A DNA stretch of 64,000 nucleotides from NCBI RefSeq assembly GCF_009914755.1, contig NC_060947.1; one strand, written 5' to 3'. The DNA comes from the human T2T-CHM13v2.0 reference genome, Homo sapiens. Positions 62,028 to 64,000 of this stretch are shown in pieces. The position numbers and the translations under genes are program-made. How positions within the stretch are numbered: the first letter of the stretch is position 1; each line of letters begins with the position of its first letter. The notes beneath the pieces are model-generated. The model worked only from the letters and a program-made list of their open reading frames with translations, did not search any database and was not told the origin of the DNA.

Positions 62028-62276
62028 GGGGAGTACTTGATCTTTATACCTCACTACAAAGTAGTAATAAATGGAAAAAGAAAGAAGGAATGAAAAAAAA
62101 AAGAAAAAGAGACAGAGCAAGGGAAGAAAGGAGGGAGGAAGGGAGAAAAGGAAAAGAAGAAAAAGAAAAAAGTAGCAAGTGAATTGCCCAATGACATCTA
62201 AGTTAAAACTCTGCTCTCCTAACTTTAAGGTCATTTCAGAAATTGACATTCTCTGAAAAATCATATAAAATGCCAA

Positions 62277-63677
62277 TTTTTTAAACTTTTAAGTTCAGGA
62301 ATACATGTACAGGTTTGTTACACAGGTAAACTCATGTCATGGGGGGTTGTTGTACAAATTATTTTGTCACTCAGATATTAAGCCTAGTACCCATTAGTTA
62401 TTTTTCCTGATTCTCTCCCTCCTCCCACTCTCCTTCCTCAACAGACCCTGGTGTCTGTTTTTCCCCTATATGTGTCCATGTGTTCTCATCATTTATCTCC
62501 CACTTACAAGTGAGAACACGTGATATTTGGTTTTCTGTTCCTGCATTAGTTTGCTAGGGATAATGTCCTCCAGCTCCATCCATGTCCCTGCAAAGGACAT
62601 AATCTTGTTTCTTTTTTATGGCTGCATAGTATTCCATGCTATATATGTACCACATTTTCTTTATCCAGTCTATCATTGATGGACATTTAGGTTGATTCCA
62701 CGTCTTTGCTATTGTGAATAGTGCTGCAATGAACATACACGAGCATGTGTCTTTATGGGTAGAACAGCTTATATTCCATTAGGTATATACTGAGTAACAG
62801 GCCTGCTGTGCCTAATAGTAGTGCTGTTTTTAGGTCATTGAGGAAGCACCACACTGTTTTCCACAATGGTTGAACTAATTTAAACTCACACCAACAGTGT
62901 ATAAATGTTCCTTTTTCTCCAGAACCTCACCAGCATTTGTTCTTTTTTTACTTTTTAATAATAGCCAATCTGACTGGTGTGAGATGGTATCTCATTGTGA
63001 TTTTGATTTGCTTTTCTCTAATGATCAGTGATGTTGAGCTGTTTTTCATATGTTTGTTGGCCACATGTATGTCATCTTTTGAAAAGTGTCTGTTCATGTC
63101 CTTTGCCCACTTTTTAATGGGATTGCTTTTTTTTCTTGTTATTTTAAGTTACTTATAGATGCTGGATATTAGACCTGTGTCAGATGCATAGTTTGCAAAA
63201 ATTTTCTCTCAATTTGCAAGTTGTTTTTTTACTCTGTTGATAGTTACTTTTGCTGTGCAAAAGTTCTTTTGTTTAATTAGATCTTATTGGTATATTTTTG
63301 CTTTTGTTGCAATTGCTTTCAGCATCTGCATCATGAAATCTTTGCTCATTCCTATGTCCACAATGGCATTGTCTAGGTTGTCTTCCAGGGTTTTAATCAC
63401 TTTACCTTTTACATTGAAGTCTTTGATCCATCTTGAGTTTATTTTTGTATGTGGTGAAAGGAAGAGGTCCAGTTTCAATCTTCTGCATATGGCCAGCCTG
63501 TTATCCTAACATGATTTGTTGAACAGGGAGTCCTTTCACCATTACTTGTTTTTGTCAGCTATGTTGCAGATCAGATGTCTGTAGATGCACAGCTTTAATT
63601 CTGGGCTTTCTATTTGGTTCCATTCATCGGTGTGTTTGTTTTTTTCTCCAGTTCCATGCTGCTGTGATTACTGTAGC
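62277..63677 (-). mobile_element. L1PA13-15-like 3' portion, interrupted by an LTR
   Basis: Minus-strand ORF2 fragments 62554..62736 and 63284..63478; 3'UTR ggtaaactcatgtcatggggg...taagcctagtacccattag. Confidence 0.9.
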
Positions 63678-64000
63678 TGACAGAGCAGGAGCACCATCAT
63701 CTTGGACAAACACTGACACTTTAAGTTCCAGCTCCCTTTCTAGCCTCATACATTTCAAGGAAATCACTTCTCCTCTAACTACAAGCAGACAGAAAGAGCA
63801 GACAGTAAAACACAGATAAGACAGCTCGGGCACAGAGAGAAGTAAGGGGAAAGTCTCTTGCCAAACTTCACTCTCATACAATGGGCCCCAGTAAAACAGT
63901 GGGCCGGGCCTTAATAAGCACATTCATTTCCCTTCACGTGCAGATAGGGAAGCTCAAGCAGACTCAGGGGATATGCCTGCAGCTGCAGAAAGATGTATGG
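63678..64000 (+). mobile_element. MER50 (ERV1) LTR, runs off the window end
   Basis: tgacagagcaggagcacc...ttaagttccagctccctttctagcctcat...cagtaaaacacagataagacagctcgggcacag; recalled MER50 consensus. Confidence 0.75.

Noticed and set aside
62070-62172. Purine-rich tract with triplex potential
   Set aside because: Ordinary GA-rich low complexity with no clear mirror symmetry

Overview
Human genomic DNA, AT-rich and repeat-dense (a human-specific AluYa5 is present). The + strand carries the 3' half of NRK (Nik-related kinase/NESK, a GCK-IV/MAP4K Ste20-family kinase gene on Xq22). I find 15 coding exons from 1539 to the stop codon at 41412, encoding the acidic/Ser-Gly linker and the C-terminal CNH domain, then a ~3 kb 3'UTR ending near AATAAA 44404. 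I reconstructed the exon chain by hand: phases are consistent and all boundaries are GT-AG except around one 144-nt exon (31689-31832). Introns and the downstream region hold L1s (a twin-primed inverted L1PA2, a near full-length old L1MA, a full-length L1PA4-like copy), Alus, MIR/L2, hAT MITEs and MaLR/ERV LTRs. I see no convincing wholly new biological system. The best leads are: (i) two stop-free, phase-0 blocks with the same non-canonical CAA|GT...G|GCAAG borders flanking one CNH exon; (ii) a 218-bp locally templated copy inside a (TG)n(GA)n microsatellite; (iii) a perfect 98-bp tandem duplication next to an acceptor; (iv) an in-frame alternative donor adding 55 aa; (v) tandem CArG boxes and placenta-associated LTR families near this placenta/muscle-expressed gene. 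Gene identity and repeat subfamily calls rest on recalled sequences, not database searches.
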